64,000 nucleotides of DNA from Octopus vulgaris (lineage: Eukaryota). Position 1 is the first letter of the stretch; each line of letters opens with the position of its first letter. Shown piece after piece: positions 8,513 through 20,249 of the stretch. The notes beneath the pieces were generated by a model. That model was not told where the DNA came from and ran no database searches. It saw only the letters and a program-made list of their open reading frames with translations. The DNA lies in NCBI GenBank assembly GCA_951406725.2, contig CATOCA020000020.1:9001-73000 (forward strand), written 5' to 3'. The position numbers and the translations under genes were made by a program.

Positions 8513-11500
8513 TCACAGGCGAAACCTGAGAACTGGTCCATTTATACAGGCCAGTCTCGCACAATTCACCCACCTTTCATAAAACTTGCTATCGGACAGC
8601 ACTTTCCTCTCTAACCTCATCTTCCTTTTCAAGTGAAACTTGAAAAAGTTGATGAGGCCTTGACCAAAGAGGAAAGTGTCTGACTTTAGCCCTTTCAAAC
8701 GAGTCCACCACACGACTTCTTTCGCCACAGCCACAAGGCACAAGAAAACGGCCTCGCCCTCCTTGTTAAAGGAGGTCGGCGGGGCAATCTTCACTATGGA
8801 TTCGGCCGATAGTCGGATCCGTCCTACACGTGACAGTAGCTGTTCGACATAAACCCATATTTCAGCAATACTCGGGCACTGGACGAGTGCGTGCAGAACG
8901 GTTTCGTCGTCCTGGCAACACCTCGGGCAGGCCCGGCTGACGGCACTTCCGTGCCGGTAGAGTTTATCTCGAACAGGCAGAGCCCCTCGGTAGCACTGCC
9001 AGGCGAGAGACCTCTGGAAATTATCCATCGGCCCCGGCCCGAAAGTCCTCCCGAACAGACCGCTCAGTTCGTCGTCTTCAACGCCTAGAGTTTCCCCGAG
9101 AACGTCGTCGCATTTTTCCTCCACTAACCCTCTATAGAACGCTAGAGTGGAGCTGTAACCGACCGCATTGCCCGCCTGGTGGAGGGCGGAGAGGGCTTGA
9201 CGGCACTCGAGGTGCCAAGCGCCCTTTCTCGGTCTACGTTTGATCCAGGTCTGCAGCTCCGTCAAAGAGACGAGCTGCGGAAAATCGCGTCTGACAAAAG
9301 ACGACCACACCTGTTCACCGTCTAGGAAGCGCTTGAGATGCCGCAGCCTGAGCGCATGTCTGCGCAACAGCAACCACGGCATTCCAAGGCCTCCGTTCAG
9401 CGGTCGTTGACAGCAGATGGATCGCCTGACCAGTGGCACCTGACCCTTCCACAAAAAGTCGAAGAGCAGGTGTACCAGCTTGGCCAACCAGCGGTCGGGA
9501 CAAGGGACGACGGTCAAGCGGTAATAGATGACGGATGCGATGTACGCATTCGCCACCTCCGCTCGACCTTTCAGGGACAGCTTCCTCTCGGCCCATTTCT
9601 GGGTGAGACGTGCCACCCTGCTCGTCACCTCTTCCCAGTTCTTATCCACCTGGAGGTCCGGACCGAACCAGACCCCGAGCAGTTTAACGGGTCCGTCTGT
9701 CCAGCGCCCTACGACGCTGTTGGACGGCATGGGCTTGCCTCTCCAGGTGCCCAGTTGCAAGCCCACAGACTTTTCCGCGTTAATCTTTGCCCCTGTCACC
9801 GCTTCGTACTGGTTTAGCGTCTCGCCAATCAGGCCAATGTGCCTGTGGCTCGACACCACCACGGTGACGTCGTCGGCATAAGCAGACACGCTGTTTCCGC
9901 CTCCTAGATCGCGCGGGATGCCCCTCAAAGCCTCCAACTTGCGCAGTAATGGCTCGAGAGTCAAAATGTACAAGAGGGAGGAGAGAGGGCATCCTTGGCG
10001 GACCGAACGCGAGATGTCGAACGGTTCCGAAAGGTGACCGTTCACCCGTATCACCGAGCAGATGTTGCTGTATAAAGCAGCGATCCACCCGCGGAAGACT
10101 GGACCGAAGCCGGCTGCCTTGAGGACAGCTGCCAGGTACCGATGGTCGACCCTATCGAAGGCTTTACTCTGATCCAAGTTGATCAAAGCCCCACCCGCGC
10201 CAGCGTCGTTACCCACCCTCTCTATGATGTAGCGCATGAGATGGAGGTTGTCGTGTATCGACCTGGTCGGCACGGCGCATGTCTGCGTCCCGCCGACCAG
10301 CTTGTCCACGACAAGCGCCAATCTCTTGGCTAGCACCTTGGCCAAAATCTTCAACTCTGCATTGAGCAGAGTGATGGGCCGGAAATTGCCTATAACGTCC
10401 CCCTTGTTTGGGTCCTTCTTTAGCAAAGCCACCACCCCTCGACAGACAAAAGCAGGAATTCTCCCGTTTTGCTGCCAGTTGCAGTAGACGTTTGCCAACA
10501 GGTCCGCAAACAAGTCTGGCATTGAAAAGTAAAGCTCGTAGGGCAGACCATCCAAACCCGGCGATCTACCTCTCGTGCAACTCTTCATCGCTTCCTGTAC
10601 TTCCCAGGCAGATATCGGTCCTTCGCAGCACTCTGCCTCGCTGTCCGAGAGTTGCGGCAGTCCGTCCAGGTACACACCGAAGTCTGTACCGTTGGTGTCC
10701 GTTCCACCGCTCGTCCCAAACAGTTGAGCAAAGTGCCGCTGAAGTACCGTACACATCTGCTTCGGTTGGGTAACCTCGCGCCCGTTCTGGTCCACCAAAG
10801 ACCGAATGGTTGCTCTGTTGCCTCGCTTCGCCTCCGCCACGCGGGCCCATCGAGCGGCTCTAGTCCCCTCCCCGCTTAGCGAACGTGCCTTAGCTCTGAC
10901 AACGCAGCCTTCGTGTTTGGCGTCGAAGTGTTGGTCGAGGGCCAACCTTGCCGCCAACACGTCGGTCGCGATGCCAGTGTCAAGAGCCTCGTCTAGTTTC
11001 TTAACTAAATCCCGCTCTCTCTTCCTACGTTCAATAGCTAGAGTCTTACTATACCTAATCGACTCTACTCTAATTGCTCTCTTGAGGGCAAACCACCAGT
11101 TGTTGTTGATGATTGCCCCCGTGAGCGCCCGCTTAACTAGTAAACTAATCCGGTCTCTGTAAGCTTTGCACGCCGTTAACGACGCGTTCAGCTTCCAGTA
11201 GCCGGGTCCCTGTCTATGTAGCCTATCTAAGTCGACCGTACAGATCACTAATTTGTGGTCCGTATATTCGACTAGGTGGAATTGTGGACACCCTACGCTG
11301 TCCTTATCCGCTGGCCTACAAAACACTCTATCTAAGTACGATCTAGACGACCCGATGCGGTTTGTCCAAGTCCACATTGGCACATTCGGGTTGTCTAGTC
11401 GAAACCTGTCGGACAGCTGAAAGCGGCCGAGTAGGTTGGCGAGGCTCTTGCACCCACCCCCTCTCCTAACAGACGCTCCCCTGCCCACCCGATCGAAACG

Positions 11501-11947
11501 TTCGTCTAAGACAGCGTTCCAATCCCCAACTAGTACTAGAGTGCGTGACGTTCCCAGGAAAACTTCCAGACGTTTGAAATAATCCGACTGCCCTGCTCCT
11601 GTCGGAGCGTAGGCAGCCAGCAGTCTGAAAGCACCGCCGTCACTACCGTCCACGTCGAGGACCACCAACTTACCTTCCGGATCCAAGAAGACTGTTCTTA
11701 TTTTCAGGTCCAGGCCCTTCCGAAACAACACCGCAGTACCACCACCGCCCGCTCCCGGCCGACACGGAGATAGAAATATCTCGTATCCGCCGAAAAGGGC
11801 TGCGAGTTCCTGCGGGTCGGAGAGCCTGGTTTCACTGATGGCTGCTATATCCACATCATGAAACCTCAGGTCGTTTAACAGGTGACCCTGTTTCCAAGGT
11901 GACCCGAGGCCTCTCACATTCAAGCAACCGATTCTAAGATTTGCCAT
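8513..11947 (-). CDS. ORF2: AP-like endonuclease + reverse transcriptase + C-terminal Cys/His (zf-RVT-like) domain, 1144 aa, intact
   Basis: APE motifs CLNVRGL, AISET, AAYAP, VGDWN, YLDR and TDH. RT motifs SPGLDG, FRPITLLN, LDQSKAFDRVDH, VRQGCPLS, YADD and LLGV. GPGYWKLN and GGLG motifs are typical of Tx1/L1-group ORF2. C-terminal CPRC...H...C. Confidence 0.97.
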   Translation of the reverse strand: MANLRIGCLNVRGLGSPWKQGHLLNDLRFHDVDIAAISETRLSDPQELAALFGGYEIFLSPCRPGAGGGGTAVLFRKGLDLKIRTVFLDPEGKLVVLDVDGSDGGAFRLLAAYAPTGAGQSDYFKRLEVFLGTSRTLVLVGDWNAVLDERFDRVGRGASVRRGGGCKSLANLLGRFQLSDRFRLDNPNVPMWTWTNRIGSSRSYLDRVFCRPADKDSVGCPQFHLVEYTDHKLVICTVDLDRLHRQGPGYWKLNASLTACKAYRDRISLLVKRALTGAIINNNWWFALKRAIRVESIRYSKTLAIERRKRERDLVKKLDEALDTGIATDVLAARLALDQHFDAKHEGCVVRAKARSLSGEGTRAARWARVAEAKRGNRATIRSLVDQNGREVTQPKQMCTVLQRHFAQLFGTSGGTDTNGTDFGVYLDGLPQLSDSEAECCEGPISAWEVQEAMKSCTRGRSPGLDGLPYELYFSMPDLFADLLANVYCNWQQNGRIPAFVCRGVVALLKKDPNKGDVIGNFRPITLLNAELKILAKVLAKRLALVVDKLVGGTQTCAVPTRSIHDNLHLMRYIIERVGNDAGAGGALINLDQSKAFDRVDHRYLAAVLKAAGFGPVFRGWIAALYSNICSVIRVNGHLSEPFDISRSVRQGCPLSSLLYILTLEPLLRKLEALRGIPRDLGGGNSVSAYADDVTVVVSSHRHIGLIGETLNQYEAVTGAKINAEKSVGLQLGTWRGKPMPSNSVVGRWTDGPVKLLGVWFGPDLQVDKNWEEVTSRVARLTQKWAERKLSLKGRAEVANAYIASVIYYRLTVVPCPDRWLAKLVHLLFDFLWKGQVPLVRRSICCQRPLNGGLGMPWLLLRRHALRLRHLKRFLDGEQVWSSFVRRDFPQLVSLTELQTWIKRRPRKGAWHLECRQALSALHQAGNAVGYSSTLAFYRGLVEEKCDDVLGETLGVEDDELSGLFGRTFGPGPMDNFQRSLAWQCYRGALPVRDKLYRHGSAVSRACPRCCQDDETVLHALVQCPSIAEIWVYVEQLLSRVGRIRLSAESIVKIAPPTSFNKEGEAVFLCLVAVAKEVVWWTRLKGLKSDTFLFGQGLINFFKFHLKRKMRLERKVLSDSKFYERWVNCARLACINGPVLRFRL

Positions 11948-11986
11948 GTCTCAAGAATTAGGGAAAAAAAAAGGAGAAAAAAGGCT

Positions 11987-13869
11987 CTACTTACTGTTGT
12001 TGGTGGTGGGGGTGGCTCCCTTGTGCTTTTGCACGGGTGCTTCAATAATATTTTTGTAAAGTTTCTGAGAGAAACTTTTCCCTAACGATCCCACATCGTT
12101 AGGGAATATTTGTTTTATTTCATTGTACACTGTTTTGTTTATTTTTATTGTGAGAATGTGTGCTGGTGGTGTGTTGTGTGTAGGTATTATGAAATCTGTA
12201 ATGTTTGTGCTTGTTTTGTTTTTCAAATACTCAACCAGTTCCTGGTTTCTTGTATTCACTGCTGTAATCGTGTCTGTAATTGTGTCTGTGTTTGTTTGTG
12301 TCTGTGGTAGTGGCAGTAGTGGTGTCGAAAGTGTTGTTGTTGTTGTTTGTTGTTGTGAGTGTGTGTTGTTGTTGATGTTGTTGTTGATGTTGGGAAGTAC
12401 TATTTGTTCGTGCTTCCCCTGTAAAACTTTTTGTTTTTTCCTCCTTTTCTTTTTTGGAGGTACTATATTCCATTCTCCTTTGTTGGAATCCGAGCTCGCA
12501 CAATCCGAGATCTCTTCATCCGGCAAAGGAATGGTTGAGGGGTCTGCTTCAGTAGCAGGACGAAAAGTTTTAGGTTCCGCCGGTATCGGTGGTGCCGCTG
12601 CTCCTGTTACTGTTGATGTCGCTGCTGTCGACCTTCGAGGTACTGGTGTCGGTGTTGGTTTGGTGGTGGTTGTCGGTGTTGGTTTGGTGGTGGTTGTTGT
12701 TGTTGGAGGTGGTGTTGTTCGTCTTGGTGCTGGTGTTGGTGATGGTGTTGGTGGTGTGGCAGCCTTTGGTTTTTCTTGCTGTTTTTGTTGTTTCTGTTGT
12801 TGTTGCTTGTTGTTGTTGTTGTTGTTGTTGTTGTTGCTGCTGCCTCTTGCTATACTCCTCCATTCTCTTTTTTTGAATGGGGCAGTCCCTTTTTAGGTGG
12901 CTTTCGCTACTGCAGAGGAAACATTTTGGCTTTCGCCCCTCTACAATAACATTTAGCCTGGTCCCATCCAGCAAGATGACAAAGTCAGGTATGGCATTGA
13001 TGTTTTCCTGCTGGATCTGTACCAGCAGTTGAATACCCATGCCTGACCAGTTCTTTTCTCGTACCCTCCGAACATTCAGAATAGTGGCAGTGTCCTCTAT
13101 GCCATAGAGGACAGCCGCCACTAGCCATGAGATTTTCTGTTCGGGGGGTATTGTGCTTATGGTTATTTTTTGTACCTTACGCCCGAGGTACGTCGGGACG
13201 AGGAACAAATGTTCATTTTGCAAGGGCGAAATGGCGTTTGCCCTTGCAAGCTCCTCTGTTGGGAAGCGAACCTCCACGGTTCCAAATCGCTTCCCTCTTG
13301 TCACATAGCTCTTCTGGCCCCAAATGGGCTTCAGAGCCATCTCCAACTGTTGTGGTGTGGCGTTAAACAATCTTTTAGTTTTCTTTTCGAAGACTTTATA
13401 AAAGATTGTTCTTTTGCTTGTTTCTTGTGTGAGTTGTTGAGGTGTGTTGAGGAAAACACTGTTCCCCTCCTTTCTCAACAAATCTTGTGCCATTTTTATG
13501 TCCTCCATTGTAATTTCTACATCTTCCGAAATTTGCTTCGCAGCAGAAGCAAAATCGTTAGAAGCTTTTACAGTTTTTTGTTGGTTCTTGTCTGTGTTTG
13601 TGTCTGTTATAATTTTCTTTACCTCCCCCTTCGGTACAGCATCACTTGTTGAAGGCAGAGGGGGGAAATCAAGAGTGACGTCGAACGCGACGTCCTGGCA
13701 TGCATTCTCCTTTTGAACCGAGCGCGTGCTCTCCGGTTCGGAAGGAGGAGCTTTGTTGCCTTTTACGGCCTGAAATGGGTTGTACGTAACCCGTGACGTT
13801 ATTTTTTTTGTTCTTGTAGGGGGGTGTTGCAAGAAGGAGGGAAGAGCCAGCAGCTCGTTTTAGTGCCAT
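11987..13869 (-). CDS. ORF1 (frameshifts near the N-terminus and in the polyQ tract)
   Basis: ORFs 12570-13832 and 11987-12526; CCHC knuckle. Confidence 0.82.
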
Positions 13870-14383
13870 TTTGTAATGTGTGTGTGCAAAAAATGTCAAT
13901 TTCAAAAGGATAGACAGTAATTTCACCCCGAATGGGGCAAAATTTCGCCCAACCGACGAGCTCCGCAAGAAGCCGGTCGGTTTGGCTACAAAAATATTAA
14001 AAAATATTCAAGCTTATTAAAAAATTTCCAACAAAATTGGCACAAAACTCACAGAGCTGATTCACGTACGTCCATCGGCGTCGGAAGGAATAATAATAAT
14101 AATCAATTCTTTTTTATTGGCCACAAGGGCTGACACGCATGATTACATAAAGGGACAAGACAGGACGAAAGGTTACAAAGGGTTTTGCCGTTTTTTAAAA
14201 ACATCGAGTAAAAATCTTTATAACAACTTATAAAATTCAACAATGAAAAACTCCCAAAAGGGGGAGACGTCTCGAAAGGTTCCTGGTGGAAAAAACCCTA
14301 CAAAAGCCAACGGGAGCCTGGTCAAAAAAGGGGGTGTAGAGAGTCCCCTTTCTTCTCCTTTTACATTACCTTTTTCTTTGAAA

Positions 14384-17300
14384 TCACAGGCGAAACCTGA
14401 GAACTGGTCCATTTATACAGGCCAGTCTCGCACAATTCACCCACCTTTCATAAAACTTGCTATCGGACAGCACTTTCCTCTCTAACCTCATCTTCCTTTT
14501 CAAGTGAAACTTGAAAAAGTTGATGAGGCCTTGACCAAAGAGGAAAGTGTCTGACTTTAGCCCTTTCAAACGAGTCCACCACACGACTTCTTTCGCCACA
14601 GCCACAAGGCACAAGAAAACGGCCTCGCCCTCCTTGTTAAAGGAGGTCGGCGGGGCAATCTTCACTATGGATTCGGCCGATAGTCGGATCCGTCCTACAC
14701 GTGACAGTAGCTGTTCGACATAAACCCATATTTCAGCAATACTCGGGCACTGGACGAGTGCGTGCAGAACGGTTTCGTCGTCCTGGCAACACCTCGGGCA
14801 GGCCCGGCTGACGGCACTTCCGTGCCGGTAGAGTTTATCTCGAACAGGCAGAGCCCCTCGGTAGCACTGCCAGGCGAGAGACCTCTGGAAATTATCCATC
14901 GGCCCCGGCCCGAAAGTCCTCCCGAACAGACCGCTCAGTTCGTCGTCTTCAACGCCTAGAGTTTCCCCGAGAACGTCGTCGCATTTTTCCTCCACTAACC
15001 CTCTATAGAACGCTAGAGTGGAGCTGTAACCGACCGCATTGCCCGCCTGGTGGAGGGCGGAGAGGGCTTGACGGCACTCGAGGTGCCAAGCGCCCTTTCT
15101 CGGTCTACGTTTGATCCAGGTCTGCAGCTCCGTCAAAGAGACGAGCTGCGGAAAATCGCGTCTGACAAAAGACGACCACACCTGTTCACCGTCTAGGAAG
15201 CGCTTGAGATGCCGCAGCCTGAGCGCATGTCTGCGCAACAGCAACCACGGCATTCCAAGGCCTCCGTTCAGCGGTCGTTGACAGCAGATGGATCGCCTGA
15301 CCAGTGGCACCTGACCCTTCCACAAAAAGTCGAAGAGCAGGCGTACCAGCTTGGCCAACCAGCGGTCGGGACAAGGGACGACGGTCAAGCGGTAATAGAT
15401 GACGGATGCGATGTACGCATTCGCCACCTCCGCTCGACCTTTCAGGGACAGCTTCCTCTCGGCCCATTTCTGGGTGAGACGTGCCACCCTGCTCGTCACC
15501 TCTTCCCAGTTCTTATCCACCTGGAGGTCCGGACCGAACCAGACCCCGAGCAGTTTAACGGGTCCGTCTGTCCAGCGCCCTACGACGCTGTTGGACGGCA
15601 TGGGCTTGCCTCTCCAGGTGCCCAGTTGCAAGCCCACAGACTTTTCCGCGTTAATCTTTGCCCCTGTCACCGCTTCGTACTGGTTTAGCGTCTCGCCAAT
15701 CAGGCCAATGTGCCTGTGGCTCGACACCACCACGGTGACGTCGTCGGCATAAGCAGACACGCTGTTTCCGCCTCCTAGATCGCGCGGGATGCCCCTCAAA
15801 GCCTCCAACTTGCGCAGTAATGGCTCGAGAGTCAAAATGTACAAGAGGGAGGAGAGAGGGCATCCTTGGCGGACCGAACGCGAGATGTCGAACGGTTCCG
15901 AAAGGTGACCGTTCACCCGTATCACCGAGCAGATGTTGCTGTATAAAGCAGCGATCCACCCGCGGAAGACTGGACCGAAGCCGGCTGCCTTGAGGACAGC
16001 TGCCAGGTACCGATGGTCGACCCTATCGAAGGCTTTACTCTGATCCAAGTTGATCAAAGCCCCACCCGCGCCAGCGTCGTTACCCACCCTCTCTATGATG
16101 TAGCGCATGAGATGGAGGTTGTCGTGTATCGACCTGGTCGGCACGGCGCATGTCTGCGTCCCGCCGACCAGCTTGTCCACGACAAGCGCCAATCTCTTGG
16201 CTAGCACCTTGGCCAAAATCTTCAACTCTGCATTGAGCAGAGTGATGGGCCGGAAATTGCCTATAACGTCCCCCTTGTTTGGGTCCTTCTTTAGCAAAGC
16301 CACCACCCCTCGACAGACAAAAGCAGGAATTCTCCCGTTTTGCTGCCAGTTGCAGTAGACGTTTGCCAACAGGTCCGCAAACAAGTCTGGCATTGAAAAG
16401 TAAAGCTCGTAGGGCAGACCATCCAAACCCGGCGATCTACCTCTCGTGCAACTCTTCATCGCTTCCTGTACTTCCCAGGCAGATATCGGTCCTTCGCAGC
16501 ACTCTGCCTCGCTGTCCGAGAGTTGCGGCAGTCCGTCCAGGTACACACCGAAGTCTGTACCGTTGGTGTCCGTTCCACCGCTCGTCCCAAACAGTTGAGC
16601 AAAGTGCCGCTGAAGTACCGTACACATCTGCTTCGGTTGGGTAACCTCGCGCCCGTTCTGGTCCACCAAAGACCGAATGGTTGCTCTGTTGCCTCGCTTC
16701 GCCTCCGCCACGCGGGCCCATCGAGCGGCTCTAGTCCCCTCCCCGCTTAGCGAACGTGCCTTAGCTCTGACAACGCAGCCTTCGTGTTTGGCGTCGAAGT
16801 GTTGGTCGAGGGCCAACCTTGCCGCCAACACGTCGGTCGCGATGCCAGTGTCAAGAGCCTCGTCTAGTTTCTTAACTAAATCCCGCTCTCTCTTCCTACG
16901 TTCAATAGCTAGAGTCTTACTATACCTAATCGACTCTACTCTAATTGCTCTCTTGAGGGCAAACCACCAGTTGTTGTTGATGATTGCCCCCGTGAGCGCC
17001 CGCTTAACTAGTAAACTAATCCGGTCTCTGTAAGCTTTGCACGCCGTTAACGACGCGTTCAGCTTCCAGTAGCCGGGTCCCTGTCTATGTAGCCTATCTA
17101 AGTCGACCGTACAGATCACTAATTTGTGGTCCGTATATTCGACTAGGTGGAATTGTGGACACCCTACGCTGTCCTTATCCGCTGGCCTACAAAACACTCT
17201 ATCTAAGTACGATCTAGACGACCCGATGCGGTTTGTCCAAGTCCACATTGGCACATTCGGGTTGTCTAGTCGAAACCTGTCGGACAGCTGAAAGCGGCCG

Positions 17301-17817
17301 AGTAGGTTGGCGAGGCTCTTGCACCCCCCCCTCTCCTAACAGACGCTCCCCTGCCCACCCGATCGAAACGTTCGTCTAAGACAGCGTTCCAATCCCCAAC
17401 TAGTACTAGAGTGCGTGACGTTCCCAGGAAAACTTCCAGACGTTTGAAATAATCCGACTGCCCTGCTCCTGTCGGAGCGTAGGCAGCCAGCAGTCTGAAA
17501 GCACCGCCGTCACTACCGTCCACGTCGAGGACCACCAACTTACCTTCCGGATCCAAGAAGACTGTTCTTATTTTCAGGTCCAGGCCCTTCCGAAACAACA
17601 CCGCAGTACCACCACCGCCCGCTCCCGGCCGACACGGAGATAGAAATATCTCGTATCCGCCGAAAAGGGCTGCGAGTTCCTGCGGGTCGGAGAGCCTGGT
17701 TTCACTGATGGCTGCTACATCCACATCATGAAACCTCAGGTCGTTTAACAGGTGACCCTGTTTCCAAGGTGACCCGAGGCCTCTCACATTCAAGCAACCG
17801 ATTCTAAGATTTGCCAT
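14384..17817 (-). CDS. ORF2, one 1-bp frameshift in a C homopolymer at ~17325
   Basis: ORFs 17266-17817 and 14384-17254; otherwise near-identical to the intact copies. Confidence 0.85.
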
Positions 17818-17856
17818 GTCTCAAGAATTAGGGAAAAAAAAAGGAGAAAAAAGGCT

Positions 17857-19737
17857 CTACTTACTGTTGTTGGTGGTGGGGGTGGCTCCCTTGTGCTTTT
17901 GCACGGGTGCTTCAATAATATTTTTGTAAAGTTTCTGAGAGAAACTTTTCCCTAACGATCCCACATCGTTAGGGAATATTTGTTTTATTTCATTGTACAC
18001 TGTTTTGTTTATTTTTATTGTGAGAATGTGTGCTGGTGGTGTGTTGTGTGTAGGTATTATGAAATCTGTAATGTTTGTGCTTGTTTTGTTTTTCAAATAC
18101 TCAACCAGTTCCTGGTTTCTTGTATTCACTGCTGTAATCGTGTCTGTAATTGTGTCTGTGTTTGTTTGTGTCTGTGGTAGTGGCAGTAGTGGTGTCGAAA
18201 GTGTTGTTGTTGTTGTTTGTTGTTGTGAGTGTGTGTTGTTGTTGATGTTGTTGTTGATGTTGGGAAGTACTATTTGTTCGTGCTTCCCCTGTAAAACTTT
18301 TTGTTTTTTCCTCCTTTTCTTTTTTGGAGGTACTATATTCCATTCTCCTTTGTTGGAATCCGAGCTCGCACAATCCGAGATCTCTTCATCCGGCAAAGGA
18401 ATGGTTGAGGGGTCTGCTTCAGTAGCAGGACGAAAAGTTTTAGGTTCCGCCGGTATCGGTGGTGCCGCTGCTCCTGTTACTGTTGATGTCGCTGCTGTCG
18501 ACCTTCGAGGTACTGGTGTCGGTGTTGGTTTGGTGGTGGTTGTCGGTGTTGGTTTGGTGGTGGTTGTTGTTGTTGGAGGTGGTGTTGTTCGTCTTGGTGC
18601 TGGTGTTGGTGATGGTGTTGGTGGTGTGGCAGCCTTTGGTTTTTCTTGCTGTTTTTGTTGTTTCTGTTGTTGTTGCTTGTGTTGTTGTTGTTGTTGTTGT
18701 TGTTGCTGCTGCCTCTTGCTATACTCCTCCATTCTCTTTTTTTGAATGGGGCAGTCCCTTTTTAGGTGGCTTTCGCTACTGCAGAGGAAACATTTTGGCT
18801 TTCGCCCCTCTACAATAACATTTAGCCTGGTCCCATCCAGCAAGATGACAAAGTCAGGTATGGCATTGATGTTTTCCTGCTGGATCTGTACCAGCAGTTG
18901 AATACCCATGCCTGACCAGTTCTTTTCTCGTACCCTCCGAACATTCAGAATAGTGGCAGTGTCCTCTATGCCATAGAGGACAGCCGCCACTAGCCATGAG
19001 ATTTTCTGTTCGGGGGTATTGTGCTTATGGTTATTTTTTGTACCTTACGCCCGAGGTACGTCGGGACGAGGAACAAATGTTCATTTTGCAAGGGCGAAAT
19101 GGCGTTTGCCCTTGCAAGCTCCTCTGTTGGGAAGCGAACCTCCACGGTTCCAAATCGCTTCCCTCTTGTCACATAGCTCTTCTGGCCCCAAATGGGCTTC
19201 AGAGCCATCTCCAACTGTTGTGGTGTGGCGTTAAACAATCTTTTAGTTTTCTTTTCGAAGACTTTATAAAAGATTGTTCTTTTGCTTGTTTCTTGTGTGA
19301 GTTGTTGAGGTGTGTTGAGGAAAACACTGTTCCCCTCCTTTCTCAACAAATCTTGTGCCATTTTTATGTCCTCCATTGTAATTTCTACATCTTCCGAAAT
19401 TTGCTTCGCAGCAGAAGCAAAATCGTTAGAAGCTTTTACAGTTTTTTGTTGGTTCTTGTCTGTGTTTGTGTCTGTTATAATTTTCTTTACCTCCCCCTTC
19501 GGTACAGCATCACTTGTTGAAGGCAGAGGGGGAAATCAAGAGTGACGTCGAACGCGACGTCCTGGCATGCATTCTCCTTTTGAACCGAGCGCGTGCTCTC
19601 CGGTTCGGAAGGAGGAGCTTTGTTGCCTTTTACGGCCTGAAATGGGTTGTACGTAACCCGTGACGTTATTTTTTTTTGTTCTTGTAGGGGGGTGTTGCAA
19701 GAAGGAGGGAAGAGCCAGCAGCTCGTTTTAGTGCCAT
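17857..19737 (-). CDS. ORF1 (homopolymer frameshifts)
   Basis: ORFs 18990-19376 and 17857-18990. Confidence 0.82.
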
Positions 19738-20249
19738 TTTGTAATGTGTGTGTGCAAAAAATGTCAATTTCAAAAGGATAGACAGTAATTTCACCCCGAA
19801 TGGGGCAAAATTTCGCCCAACCGACGAGCTCCGCAAGAAGCCGGTCGGTTTGGCTACAAAAATATTAAAAAATATTCAAGCTTATTAAAAAATTTCCAAC
19901 AAAATTGGCACAAAACTCACAGAGCTGATTCACGTACGTCCATCGGCGTCGGAAGGAATAATAATAATAATCAATTCTTTTTTATTGGCCACAAGGGCTG
20001 ACACGCATGATTACATAAAGGGACAAGACAGGACGAAAGGTTACAAAGGGTTTTGTCCGTTTGTTAAAAAATCCGTGTAAAAATCTTTAAAACAATGATT
20101 ATTAAAACAATGAAAAACTCCCAAAAGGGGGAGACGTCTCGAAATGTTCCCGGTGGAAAAAACCCTACAAAAGCCAACGGGAGCCTGGTCAAAAAGGGGG
20201 TGTAGAGAGTCCCCTTTCTTCTCCTTTTACATTACCTTTTTCTTTGAAA

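Larger units (their letters stand above)
8219..14088 (-). mobile_element. Tx1-like LINE unit 2 (5870 bp)
   Basis: Junction to junction; intact ORF2. Confidence 0.95.
14089..19956 (-). mobile_element. Tx1-like LINE unit 3 (5868 bp)
   Basis: Junction to junction. Confidence 0.95.

Noticed and set aside
8513-11947. Prokaryotic RT system (group II intron, retron, DGR, CRISPR-RT) or LTR/DIRS element
   Set aside because: The N-terminal APE domain, CCHC ORF1, AATAAA and tail, with no LTRs, integrase, RNase H or repeat-spacer array, identify a eukaryotic non-LTR element.
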